NCBI GenBank assembly: GCA_025603075.1
Contig: MU626275.1
Coordinates: 118,227-182,226 of the forward strand
Length of the DNA stretch: 64,000 nt
From: Neoconidiobolus thromboides FSU 785
Lineage: Eukaryota; Fungi; Entomophthoromycota
Reading direction: 5' to 3'
In this document: positions 38,163 to 49,899 of the stretch, piece by piece
How the letters are laid out: every line of letters starts with the position of its first letter
Position numbering within the stretch: position 1 is the first letter of the stretch
Notes under the pieces: generated by a model
What the model was told of the DNA's origin: nothing
Seen by the model: only the letters and a program-made list of their open reading frames with translations
The model's database searches: none
Program-made: the position numbers and the translations under genes

Positions 38163-38891
38163 ATATGTTCAAAGTCATCCCTGAATTTAAAGTTGAATTT
38201 CAAAAATAGTTTTTTAATTGGTAATTAAAAACAGTTCTATTTATATTCAGTATGCTTCTAAACATGAATTTGAGATTGTTTTTATAGATTTTGTATTAAG
38301 TAATGTATTTGAACTTTGAGTTTATGAACATAGCCTTGATGGGACTTGAATTCTCTCTAACTAGAATTACTTAAGCTAAACATGTCTCTATTCCTTGGTC
38401 TATTCTAAGTCCATATCAGGATTTGGTTGATCAGCAGTGATTAGATTCATTAAATTCTGTAAGTATTGGTTCACCATTTGGTTTCACACTTCTGTAACAA
38501 ATTCAAAAATTAAATTGTTATTACTTAATTGAACTATAATTGAACTCAACAAGTAGCTTAAAAATTGCAATATTAAATACTATGATGTTATAATATTTTT
38601 GAACTTAAGGAAATAATTTTAACATAAAATATATATGTTTTACAATTAGTGTGGTAGTTAAACCCCCTTTTTATACTAAACAGTTGAAGTATTTTTAATA
38701 ACCTTTGATAAAAAAAAGAAAATTAATAAAAACATACTTGTCTGTAAAATTTAATAACATTTTTGACTTTAAAAAGTGCTTTGAAATAACATATATATCA
38801 TAAAATTAATATATTAAATTTGATTTAAAACAACATAGTACAGTTCATTTTAATCTTTTTCTGCTGATAAAAGCATATAAATAATATTTTA

Positions 38892-39617
38892 TTAAGCATA
38901 GTTGCAGAATACATTGTCTTGGGCTTGTTGTTGACAACGAGTACCTGGTCCACATTGACGGAGAACATAGCGACCTTGAGCACATGTATAGAAGCCTCCA
39001 CTATTGTAGTCACAGAACATGGTGCCTTCTCTACACGAGCTCCAGTTTTTGTGATAATTTCTTGCAACTAAATGGTAATCTGGACCAAATGTACCATAAG
39101 TGCCATAAGTACCATAAGTACCATAGCTATCTCCATTGTAATCTCCGTCATAGTTACCTTTTCCATTTAAGCTATTAATAAGTGCGTCATATCTTGTGCC
39201 AAAAGTTTCGGATTGGCCATTGCCACTTCCATATGAGCTACTTGATGAACCTGATCCATAATTGACTCCACCTCCATAAGAACCACTATTACTACCACCA
39301 TAGCTTCCACCATAGCTTCCACCATAGTTGTTATTTCCTCCATAAGGACCGCCATTGCTACCACTACCATAGAAACTACTATCACCTCCTCCATAACTTC
39401 CTCCATAAGAACCACTATTACTACCACTATAATTATTATCATCTCCTGGATAAAGTCCTGAATGGGCGTGACCACTGTATCCACCGTCATGATGTTTTAA
39501 GTTTTGAGATAAACTTTTAAGCTCTCTTACCTTATTATATAGGTTGGCAACATCGGAAAGGTCAAGCGAAGTTATACCAGTAATAACAGTGATTGCAGTA
39601 ATGCTAACTAATTTCAT
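38892..39617 (-). CDS. Secreted Gly/Ser/Tyr-rich protein with a C-terminal CBM19-like module, paralog 2
   Basis: Tandem paralog of 36835-37641 with an identical C-terminal Cys module. Confidence 0.8.
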   Translation of the reverse strand: MKLVSITAITVITGITSLDLSDVANLYNKVRELKSLSQNLKHHDGGYSGHAHSGLYPGDDNNYSGSNSGSYGGSYGGGDSSFYGSGSNGGPYGGNNNYGGSYGGSYGGSNSGSYGGGVNYGSGSSSSSYGSGNGQSETFGTRYDALINSLNGKGNYDGDYNGDSYGTYGTYGTYGTFGPDYHLVARNYHKNWSSCREGTMFCDYNSGGFYTCAQGRYVLRQCGPGTRCQQQAQDNVFCNYA

Positions 39618-39969
39618 ACTTTGTTATTGAGCTGTAAATTGGGAATTGATAGTTTGGATTATAGGGGATGATTTAGTTTTTATAGTCATTTCGGAAACTG
39701 GATGTTGGTTTTGATAGAGTTTACAGATAGCTTGTTTTATCCCTTTATTTTTTTCTCCGTCCCGCATTTTTGAAGCACCCTTAATTTCATGTAAGTTGAG
39801 AGTATTTATTTTTGGCTTTCCAATTAAAATTAAAATTAAATAAAGTTAAAGCAATGAGGTATTTATAGGAGTAATTTTATTTTTATGATGACTGGACTGA
39901 TATTAGTATACCTTTGTTTTGTTCAATCTAATTTAGTTTTGAGTTTAATTTTTGAATTTTTAATGATAT

Positions 39970-40067
39970 GGGGACGTATTTTTGTGTTTAAGAATTTTAC
40001 TGATAATTTTTCCACTCAAATAGCGCTTAAAAGATAGAAAAAGTAATGAAGTCAAAAAAACACCCCC
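39970..40067 (+). mobile_element. MITE copy 15
   Basis: TSD ATAT/ATAT. Confidence 0.88.
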
Positions 40068-41023
40068 ATATGTTGGCAATTAATGTATGAATCTTTTGTA
40101 GGTTTTGTACATTGACATTAAGCGTAGAGTCGATGTAGGCCATTTTTTTAACAAAAATATAACTTCATGATTTATTTTGACACATTGTTATCAAGCCACA
40201 TATCTTTTTCTTGAACGATGGTCGAATTGACTTTTAGGCCATGCCGTCAAAGTCAACTAATCAAGTCTATCTTTTTAAAGTTTAAAATATATTTAATTAG
40301 TTGATTTTTTTGGGTAGTGCATTAAATTCTGCTAAAATATGCATTATATTTTTAAATCATTTCATGATTGTTTTTAAAGTAATCCTTCACTTCAAATGCG
40401 TTTTTCTCTGTTACAATAATATTTACTATTATGTTAATCATCCGTTACTTTTGTATCATAGTGATGTATACCTTTTTGAAAGATAAATAAAGCTCTGATA
40501 GTTATTAATTATAAGCAAAGAAGTATACAAAATACTAAAACTTTGAGTATATCATTTAGTTTTTTTATTTTTTGTTTCCAATTGATAAATCATTGGAGTT
40601 TTATACATCCTTTAAAAGGTATAGCTATTAGTATTGTATAGTCCAACTATAAAAAATACATTAAAGGGATGTTGAGGAATAAACAACTTTTGTCATGGAT
40701 AGCTTTTTGATTTTAACATTTATATGTTCAAATAAATACAATTTTGTCACTGAGTTTTTTTAACAAGACAGAAGGGCATAGAATTGCATTAAGGGCATCC
40801 CATTTAAACCAGAACCTATAATGACTAAAATACAAATTTCCAATGCATAAACAAAACCATTTGATAACAACGTATTAACAATATTAACAGTCTAATATTA
40901 GCTTAATATTAACTAGTTGATTTTCCCAATTGATATTTTTAAACATATAAAACATAAAGTGACATATCAAAATAATAAAATTTTATTCCATCAACAACAA
41001 CATTCGTCTATCGTATAATTAAA

Positions 41024-43321
41024 CTAAGTAGGAATAGGCTTTAAATAGGGATTAAAATACTGAGCCTCATCCAAGAAGGAGTCAGTAACTTTAGGACTAC
41101 TGCATTTTGTAATGTCAATTGAGTTAGCATGGCATTCAAAGTTAGGTAATTCTGATTTATATTTACAAACAAAACCATTTGGAGTATTAACCCAGCATTC
41201 AGGCGCATGTGGAGTACCCAATAAAATAAAACCATTTTGATTATATAAACATCTAGAACCTGCCATTGGACAAATACTATAATCACCCTCAGCTCCACCA
41301 TCATTTGGTAGATTAATGCATCGTTCTTTAATATTTAGATAAGAATATGGACATTTGTTTTCTTTAAACTCGAATTGAAATTTACATGTATAATGCTGGT
41401 TTTTTTTATCCATTATCCAACACGTTGGGGCATTTGGATCTAAATATGAATAGCTCAAATTTTCATTATAAGCGCATTGACTATTAGCTGCATTTGGGCA
41501 AGGAGGTGGCGGACGTTCTCTATTACAAGTCTTTATATCAAGATAACCAGCTTCACAAGTAGTACCTAAAAACCCTTTGCCTTTACACTCATATTGTGTT
41601 TTACCACGCTTCCAGCAATCAGGCGCAAATCCATCTTGTAACTTATAATCAATGCCTAAATTGTTTTTACATTTATCATTATAATTCGGACATGCCATTG
41701 GTACTTCACATGCCGTTATATCAATGGATAAATTAGGACATTTACCATTAAATTCCGCTTTATAACGACATTGATATGTATTTTCTACTTTAGCCCAACA
41801 TTCAGGTAAAGTAAAATCCGTATATCGGAATATATTAGTGTTTTGAAAAACACATGTATCATCTACTTTAGGACATATTCTTTTTGTTGTTAAAATAGGA
41901 CAAGTACCTATATCTACTGCACCATCAGGACATTTACCATTAAAATCTTTTTTAAATCGACAATAAAAAGATTTAGATCCTTTAATCCAACACTCAGGAG
42001 CTTTTGGATTTAAAGCACTAAAATAACCTAAATTATTATAATTACATTTGTCCACATTATTTGGACAATTAGGATTAACTACTACCGCTTCTTCTCCTTT
42101 ACATACACTAATATCTAATACGTTTAATGGACAAATACCACCTAATTCGGATTTATATCGACAGACATAACCATTGGGCGTTTTAGCCCAACATTCAGGA
42201 GTAGTGGGTGAATTTAAACTAAATAATGAAGTTTGTCGATATAAACATTTAATTGTTTCTTTAGGACATTTCAATTCATTATCAATGTCAGTAACTACCC
42301 CTGGTCGACATGGAGTGGTATCAATAGTTCCTGTTGGACATTTACCTTCTAATTCACGTTTATATTTACAAGCATAACCACTAATAGTACTTAACCAACA
42401 TTCTGGTGGTGATTTATCGGTTAATTTAAAGTTAGCAACGGGTGAATAAGTACATGAAGTACTTAATGGGGGACAATATTGTGGTACAACTTCTGTATTT
42501 GAAGAATCGGTTGTAGTATCTTTATAACCACATTTTGATAAATGTTGAAAACCTGGGGAACATTGACCTTTATTACCCATTTCACATAAATAACCGCCTT
42601 GAGTAGCCTTCCAACATTTTGGAGCATTTTTAGTTGTTACCGTTACTGGTATTTCACCATTAAAATAGCAAATGTCTTCTTGTGTAGGACATTTATTTGG
42701 AATATCAATATTATTATCGATATCAGGTAATTTAGTTGAATCATTTAAACAAGACTTAATATCTAAATATCCTAATGGACATTTATTATTTTCTTTTTTA
42801 ATACAAACATATTCTGATTTATATAGTCCCCAACATTGTGGTACCATTGAATTTGTAAATTTAACTTTAATACCAGTATCATAACTACATGAATCTTCTG
42901 AAGTTGGACATTTGTTTGGTTTTTTAATAGCATTTGGACTATCAATTATGTCTACTGATTCTTTTATTGGAGGTGGGGGTGGAGGTGGTAATGTAGTTTG
43001 ATTTTTACTAAAAATAGGATAACCACAAAAACCTACATTGATATAACAAGGTGGACATTCAATTAAACCTAAATCATCTAAATAATGACATGTATAACCG
43101 TTTAATGTTTTTAACCAACATTCAGGAGCAGAAAATTGATTAGGATAATAATCATAATATCCCATTTTACAAGTAGAACCTAAACTAGGACATTGTAATC
43201 CATTTTCTTTTTTAAAACCAAAAGATAAAAATTCTTTATCACTATCAATTTTTTGACTATAAAGGGTAGCTGTTAAAGTAAATAAAGTAAGTAATATACT
43301 TTGTAAAGTTGAGAGTAACAT
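41024..43321 (-). CDS. Secreted Cys-rich protein with ten ~56-aa six-cysteine repeats
   Basis: 765-aa single ORF with a signal peptide; ten copies of CP-x5-6-C...P-x-CW...(Y/F)-x-C...C...(D/N)I-x2-C. Confidence 0.85.
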   Translation of the reverse strand: MLLSTLQSILLTLFTLTATLYSQKIDSDKEFLSFGFKKENGLQCPSLGSTCKMGYYDYYPNQFSAPECWLKTLNGYTCHYLDDLGLIECPPCYINVGFCGYPIFSKNQTTLPPPPPPPIKESVDIIDSPNAIKKPNKCPTSEDSCSYDTGIKVKFTNSMVPQCWGLYKSEYVCIKKENNKCPLGYLDIKSCLNDSTKLPDIDNNIDIPNKCPTQEDICYFNGEIPVTVTTKNAPKCWKATQGGYLCEMGNKGQCSPGFQHLSKCGYKDTTTDSSNTEVVPQYCPPLSTSCTYSPVANFKLTDKSPPECWLSTISGYACKYKRELEGKCPTGTIDTTPCRPGVVTDIDNELKCPKETIKCLYRQTSLFSLNSPTTPECWAKTPNGYVCRYKSELGGICPLNVLDISVCKGEEAVVVNPNCPNNVDKCNYNNLGYFSALNPKAPECWIKGSKSFYCRFKKDFNGKCPDGAVDIGTCPILTTKRICPKVDDTCVFQNTNIFRYTDFTLPECWAKVENTYQCRYKAEFNGKCPNLSIDITACEVPMACPNYNDKCKNNLGIDYKLQDGFAPDCWKRGKTQYECKGKGFLGTTCEAGYLDIKTCNRERPPPPCPNAANSQCAYNENLSYSYLDPNAPTCWIMDKKNQHYTCKFQFEFKENKCPYSYLNIKERCINLPNDGGAEGDYSICPMAGSRCLYNQNGFILLGTPHAPECWVNTPNGFVCKYKSELPNFECHANSIDITKCSSPKVTDSFLDEAQYFNPYLKPIPT

Positions 43322-43839
43322 TTTTAATATTTTAATATAAATAAATAACTAAAAAAATTAAATAGGATGAAATTATTATAATTTAAAATTCTGAATGTTG
43401 GCTGATTTTAAAAAATTTGATCTCCCTCTCAATTATTTTAGTTTACCATCTCTAATTCAATTTTTAGCTTTAAAATATTAAAATGGCACAAGTTACAGTT
43501 GATCATTTTAGATTTTCATAAATTAAAAAATAAAAATTATCTAATAATGAATTTTACAGTAAAAATTTATACTGCTTTTATAATTTTAATAAACATTTGA
43601 ATTTTTTATTAAAAAAATTCAAAAAATATATCACTGTTTGATCATCATTATGTAAAAAAAAGTACTAATTCTATTTATTTTAAAAAAAGCTAAAAAGTTA
43701 AATAACTTGAGTGAATTAACATCACTCCTTAACATTTAATAACATATTATTTACTTTGATAGATTCAAGTAATATTCAATATCTTTTCTGTGAAAAGAAA
43801 AAAATCAATATCAATCAATATTAATAAATATCAATAATA

Positions 43840-45612
43840 ATGAGTAATTTAAAATATCCACCTAAAATACATCGTTATCAGGATAATGATTTTGAAGATG
43901 TAGATATTAAATATAGTCATACATTACCTGGATTAAGTATGAATAATGACAAAAAAGCATATTTAAATAAAATAAGAAATCAACGTTATACATTATATGA
44001 AAATGATAATTTAGAGAATGATCATTCTATTGTACATTTACCTAAATCTAAATTTATATTAATTATATTTGGGTAAGTTTTTTTAAAATTAATAATAATT
44101 AATAATAACAATATAAAAACAAGTTTGTCTTAATTAACTAACTAAACTTTGAATTTTTATAGCTTAGCCTTAGTTATTTTCTTATCATTCTTGGATGGTA
44201 CAATATTAACAACTGCCTTAGCTAATATATTAAATGATTTTGGTTCATTTGAAGATATGACCTGGGTAGCTGCTTCTTATATGATGACAAGTACAGCTAC
44301 TCAACCATTATATGGAAAATTAAGTGATATATTTGGTAGAAAAGTAACTTTAATGGTAGCTATTTTATTGTTTTCCATTGGTTCTTTATTATGTGGTTTA
44401 TCTACTAGTTTAATAATGTTAATATGGTCACGTGCCTTGACTGGTGCAGGTGGAGGTGGATTAATTTGTTTATCTATTATAATTATTAGTGATATTGTAC
44501 CTTTAAGAAAACGATCAATTTATATGTCTATTTCAGGATTAATGTTTACATTGAGTAGTCTATCTGGACCATTAGTTGGAGGATTGATATCAGATTTAAT
44601 TAATTGGAGATGGACTTTCTTTATTAATTTACCATTATGTTTAATAGCTATATTAATATTATATTTTTTATTAAATTTACCTAAACCGGTAGGTAATTTT
44701 TATCAAAAATTAAAATCTATTGACTATTTAGGTTTAATATTGTTATTATCAGCAACTAGTTTATTGTTATTAGGCATTGGTTGGGGTGGTAAACAATATA
44801 ATTGGAATTCATTACAAGTGTTATTACCAATATCAATTAGTATATTATTATTTGTAATCTTTATTTATATTGAAAATAATATATCAAAAGATCCAATTAT
44901 TCCATTAAATATTATTAATAACAATGTATTATCTGCCAATATTACAATGTTTTTTATAGTTTTCCCTTACTTCTTTATCCTATTTTATATGCCCATTTAT
45001 TATCAAGTGTTAAAAGGAGAATCCGCTACCATTTCTGGTTTAGAGTTATTACCCATTATGGTATGTACTGTTATCTGTAGTATATTATCTGGTATTTATA
45101 CTAATAAGACTGGCAAATATAAATTAATGAATCAAATGGGTACCTTCCTTATATTGCTAGGTTGCTCTTTATTTGGTATCTTTTTACGTTCTAATATTTC
45201 AAGAGTTGAAGAAATGTTTTATTTATTATTGATTTCTGGTGGTTTTGGATTATGTATACAAACATCCACAATTATATGTCAAACAGCAACTCTAGAAAAA
45301 GAAAGTGCTGTTGTTACTTCTTTAATTAGTTTTTCTCAATCTATGGGTTCTGTATTTGGTTTAGCTTTATGTTCTATTATTTATAAATTCTATTTGAATG
45401 TGAGTTTAACAGAAGCTAATTTAGATATCAATCAAGGAGTTGTGGATTCACTATCTTCCATCTCTCAATTAGATGAAGAATCAAAAACACTTGCAATAGA
45501 AGCTTTATTTTTTACATTTAAAATGTGCTATAGATATATGATTCTTGTTTCTGCAATTGCTTTTGTTTCTTCTTTATTTCTAAAACATATTGTTATGCGT
45601 CAAGTTAACTAA
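43840..45612 (+). CDS. MFS drug:H+ antiporter (DHA2, 14-TM type)
   Basis: Exon 1 from 43840, GTAAG intron ~44074-44163. Motifs LSFLDGTILTTAL, YGKLSDIFGRK, WRWTFFINLP and PVYYQ-like MPIYYQVLKGES. Confidence 0.9.
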
Positions 45613-46165
45613 ATTATAAATCTAAATATTAAAGTTAGATTATTAAATTGAAACCATACCTTCTGCTTACTTTATTATTTATAAAACATATTGTTATATA
45701 ACAAGTAAACTAAATAGATAAGTTTATTGATTAAAACTAAATTAGATAAAATTATAGTTTAAATCATTTAATTCCAATTAATACTCTTTGATTTTTTCAC
45801 TTCTTTATTCATTATAAGGGACTGACTTCTAAAATAATATTGTATTTGATATTAAAATTTTATTTTATTTAATTCTAAATAAAAATTCAAAACTAAAAAG
45901 TTTATCTATGATAAAGTTTATTATTTATCAATAGTTCTTTAATGCGTTTTTTGTAATTGGATTACTTATTATAATAACAGTTATAATGTCATCGTTATAC
46001 AAAAAGTATTAAATAATTAATCGAATAGTGATATTTAGTATAATAACAGCCTATTGCTATTATTGTTATTATTGTTATTATTGTTATTATTCTAATTGAG
46101 TATAATAGCGGATTAATAGTAGATTAACTTGAATTTATTATAATAATTCAAAGGTTGTAATATAT

Positions 46166-46259
46166 AGAGGTGTTTTTTAGTCTCATTATTTTCTATTTTT
46201 AAGCGCTATTTGAGTGGGAAGATTATTGATAAAATCCTTAAACACAAAAATACATCCCT
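46166..46259 (-). mobile_element. MITE copy 16
   Basis: TSD ATAT/ATAT; one end diverged. Confidence 0.8.
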
Positions 46260-46379
46260 ATATATTTAGTAAATTTAATAATTAGCTTATTAACTAGTAT
46301 TATCCTATTAAACTCTGTAAACAATTTATTTACAATTTACTTTTTAAACTTGTATTAATTCTATTTTTAAATAATATAT

Positions 46380-46477
46380 GGGGATGTTTTTTTTGATTTC
46401 ATTATTTTTTCCATTTTTAAGCACTATTTGAGTGGGAAGATTGTTAGTAAAATTCTTAAACACAAAAATACATCTCC
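46380..46477 (-). mobile_element. MITE copy 17
   Basis: TSD ATAT/ATAT; about 120 bp from copy 16. Confidence 0.88.
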
Positions 46478-46714
46478 ATATCTACAAATCTTTTTAAGAT
46501 CATTAGTTGTATAAAAAGAATACAATAAATATTTTATTTTCTGATACTCTAAAAATAATTATTAAACTATTTATTTCAAATAATATTAAACAATATTATA
46601 AAAATTCAAAAAATTCATAGCATAAGCAACTAAAAACACTCAAAAATAAGAATCCAAATTAAATTTTATTTTTCAGAATTAATTTTAATATTAAATTACC
46701 AAGCTAATAAACCT

Positions 46715-47011
46715 TTATTTTTCATCTTCGGAACTAAGATAAACTTTTGCATTAATATCCACTTTTTGTTCACTTTTTTCAGAACCTGAATAATAAGTTT
46801 CTGATTCTTCCGTAGTTAGTCCAGTAACATTCATTATATTTCTAGTATGATTATCAGATGGAGGATGCATTTCGGAATTATCTATAAAATAATTTAAGTT
46901 TAATTTTATATAAATAGTTAATTAATTACTTTGATTATTATTATACTGATGTTGCCATGTAGTAGCATTTATTAAATCCTAAAACAATTGATTTAGTTTA
47001 GTTTAGTTTAA

Positions 47012-47050
<39 letters not shown>

Positions 47051-48621
47051 ACATAAATTTTACTCTTGAATTATATTTTACTTGTGATGGATATTCATCT
47101 TCAAAAGATAAGTCAGAAGCAATTGGATGGTTTGGTGAACTTATAATAATACCTGGATTAGCTTCATTTTTTAGACTTTGAGATAGAACTTGATTTGTAT
47201 TATTTAAAGGAGTTTTTATAGAATCATTAAGCGGCACAGTTAAATTATTAATCATGTCTGTCTTTGTCGATTCATTATTGATATTTTCTGTAATTAAATA
47301 AAATATTAGAATTATTAATAATTAAAGTTCATTATAGTAGTAACTTAATGTTTTACCTTGTTTATTTAATTCATCTTCCTCTTCACTTAATTCACCATCT
47401 TCTTTTTGATTGTTTGAATTATCATTGGCTGATATATTGATTTGGCTACTCTTAGGAGTCATATTAAATTCATTTGAAACTACAATTATATCGTTATTAT
47501 GATCTTGATTACAATTATTTTTATCATCAATTAATTCAATTGTATCTTTTATTACAATGCAATTGTTTGATGAATTATTAAAATCCTTTGAAGTACTATC
47601 TACTTTATCTACATCATCTTGGTCACAATAGTTTAAAACTCTCTAAAAAAATAAATTGAAATTAAAGAAATCAAATTATAAATCATTACGTTTTTTCTAT
47701 TCTTTGGCTTACGACGAGTTGTTTTCTTAACTGTATTATTTAAGCTACCATTGTTATTATTTACAGTAGGGATAAGTGAATTATAATCAATAATAGGTCT
47801 ATTAAAAGCTGTATTATTTTTACTTCTAACTCTAGGATTATTATGATGTTCACGCTCTATAATTGGTATTTGACTATTTTGATTAACTCTTTCAGGTTCA
47901 ATAACTGATCTTTGACTATTTTGATTGACTTTCTGAGATTCTATAGGCTGTACTTGACTATTTTGATCCTCATTATTATTTATTCTTTTTGATCTTTTAA
48001 ACTAAATTAAAATAAGTATTTATATAACTAATAAAGATAACCAAATATACTTTAGATGATAATGGATTAATATGAATATCTTCTACATTTAGGTTAAGAC
48101 GTTTTGAGATAAAATCCGCTCTATGAATCTGAAAACAAAATCAATTAAAAAATTAAAAAGTCAAAAAATTCATTTACTCCTTGATTATCTTTTGTTACGA
48201 TAAAACACTTTTCATCTGAAATTTCTTCATAGGTGCCTCTAGCCACTTTTCTTGGCCCCTCTCTCTATAGAATTGGAATTAATATGCTACTAATTAATAT
48301 TTAAATAAATTTACTATTGTTTCTTGAATTTCAAATCTACCTTGATTTAATTCTAAATTAAAAGGTAATTGAATTTGATCACCAAATTTCAATTGAGCTA
48401 AAAAAACATAATAAGAATAAAATCAATAAGTTTAAAATTAATTGAAAACGAATAAATTTACTTAATAACTCAAAATGATAAAATTTATTTTTACTTTCCC
48501 CTTTAGCTTGACCTATACTTGACCTCGAAAAATTAATAGTATGAAAGCCATTATCATTTTGATTAGTATTAACTTGTTGTTGTTGATTCATTTGTCTTGA
48601 ATTACAAGGTTGATTATTCAT
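46715..48621 (-). CDS. Multi-exon hypothetical protein with a short conserved N-terminal domain and N/Q-rich low-complexity tail
   Basis: GT-AG-bounded exons read QLKFGDQIQLPFLELN, GPRKVARGTYEEISDEKCFIV and IHRADFISKRLNL, followed by Asn-rich exons; stop at 46715. Exon structure only partly resolved. Confidence 0.55.
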
Positions 48622-49430
48622 TTTTAAAGTTGAAAAATAAAAATAAAATGTTTTTTTATAGGTTTTTTTAGTTTTTCAAGTATTGAAAAGTCTTCCTTTT
48701 CATTGGTTGGATTAGAACCTATGAATATAAAATTGAATAAACTCAAAATACAAAATAAATTAAGTTGCAAAGTAATTAGTAGAGGGTTCATTAATTATTT
48801 GGTTTTTGGTGATATTGAAATTCATAAGGTAGAGTAAATCCAAAAGATCTTATTTGACTATACTAACTCATAAACTCTATATCACACACTTAAGATAGAG
48901 TTAGATAAGGGCATAAAAAATGGCTGTTTTATTTGAACTGACTTTTTAGATTGAAGAAAGTAAGCACAATATAGAATGAATTTAAACTCAGTTAAAAGGA
49001 TAACAAATGCAACAATTATATTATATTTTACCTAGTCTCTTTTGTTTATACTTATTTTTATTTTAGTAGTTTACACAAATTATTATTATTTTAATATGAG
49101 ATAGTTTTATATTTTTAATACATTTTTAATAGTTTTACTTTTAACCCTTTTCTTAAATGAGATAATTGACTTCAATTTAATAGCAAATAATATCCAAAAA
49201 AAGGTGACTATCTTTTTATTCATTTTTATAATTTGTATTAATACTAACAAAAAAACTCAAAACATGTACTAATTTTTATCTGTTATTATAATAATAATAA
49301 CAAAGAAGTTAACTTAAATGTTATCTTTGTTTTATTTTAATATATAATAAATAAAAATCAAGTATTCACTTCTAATAAACAAAGATCAATAAGATATTAA
49401 TAATCTACTTTTAATTTTTATCTCAATTTA

Positions 49431-49519
49431 ATTCATCACCAACATAAACATATATTACACTTATATTATATTATAATTCATCACCAACATAAACATATAT
49501 TACACTTATATTATATTAT
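49431..49519. repeat. 45-bp tandem duplication
   Basis: ATTCATCACCAACATAAACATATATTACACTTATATTATATTAT occurs at 49431 and 49476. Confidence 0.9.
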
Positions 49520-49778
49520 CAAACTGAAAGATACTTATTGTCCAATGAAGGATAATCCGTAGTTTTATAGTATTAAAAGCTCAATTCTACTTGTTCAATA
49601 AAATTTCTTTGTATATCAGAAAAAACATTTTAAAAATATTTAAAATGGTGAGTACACGCAACTTTTCCAATTTACTATACTATTTTCATATTAAATATGA
49701 TATTTGAGTTAAGAAAAGTACCTATAATTCATTAACTTCATCCGAAAAGGAGCTTACTTTCTGAGCCAATTTACTCAT

Positions 49779-49874
49779 GGGGTATTTTTTTGGCTTTATT
49801 ACTTTTTCCATCTTTTAAGTGCTAATTGAATGAAAAATTTGTTGCTAAATTCTTAAACACAAAAACACATCCCC
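49779..49874 (-). mobile_element. MITE copy 18
   Basis: TSD TCAT/TCAT. Confidence 0.82.
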
Positions 49875-49899
49875 TCATTTATCTTTTTTTGGCCATTTA

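Noticed and set aside
37110-39490. Val/Met-rich ORFs 37110-37484 and 39167-39490 and His-rich antisense ORFs
   Set aside because: Frame-shifted readings of the GGSYGG repeats.
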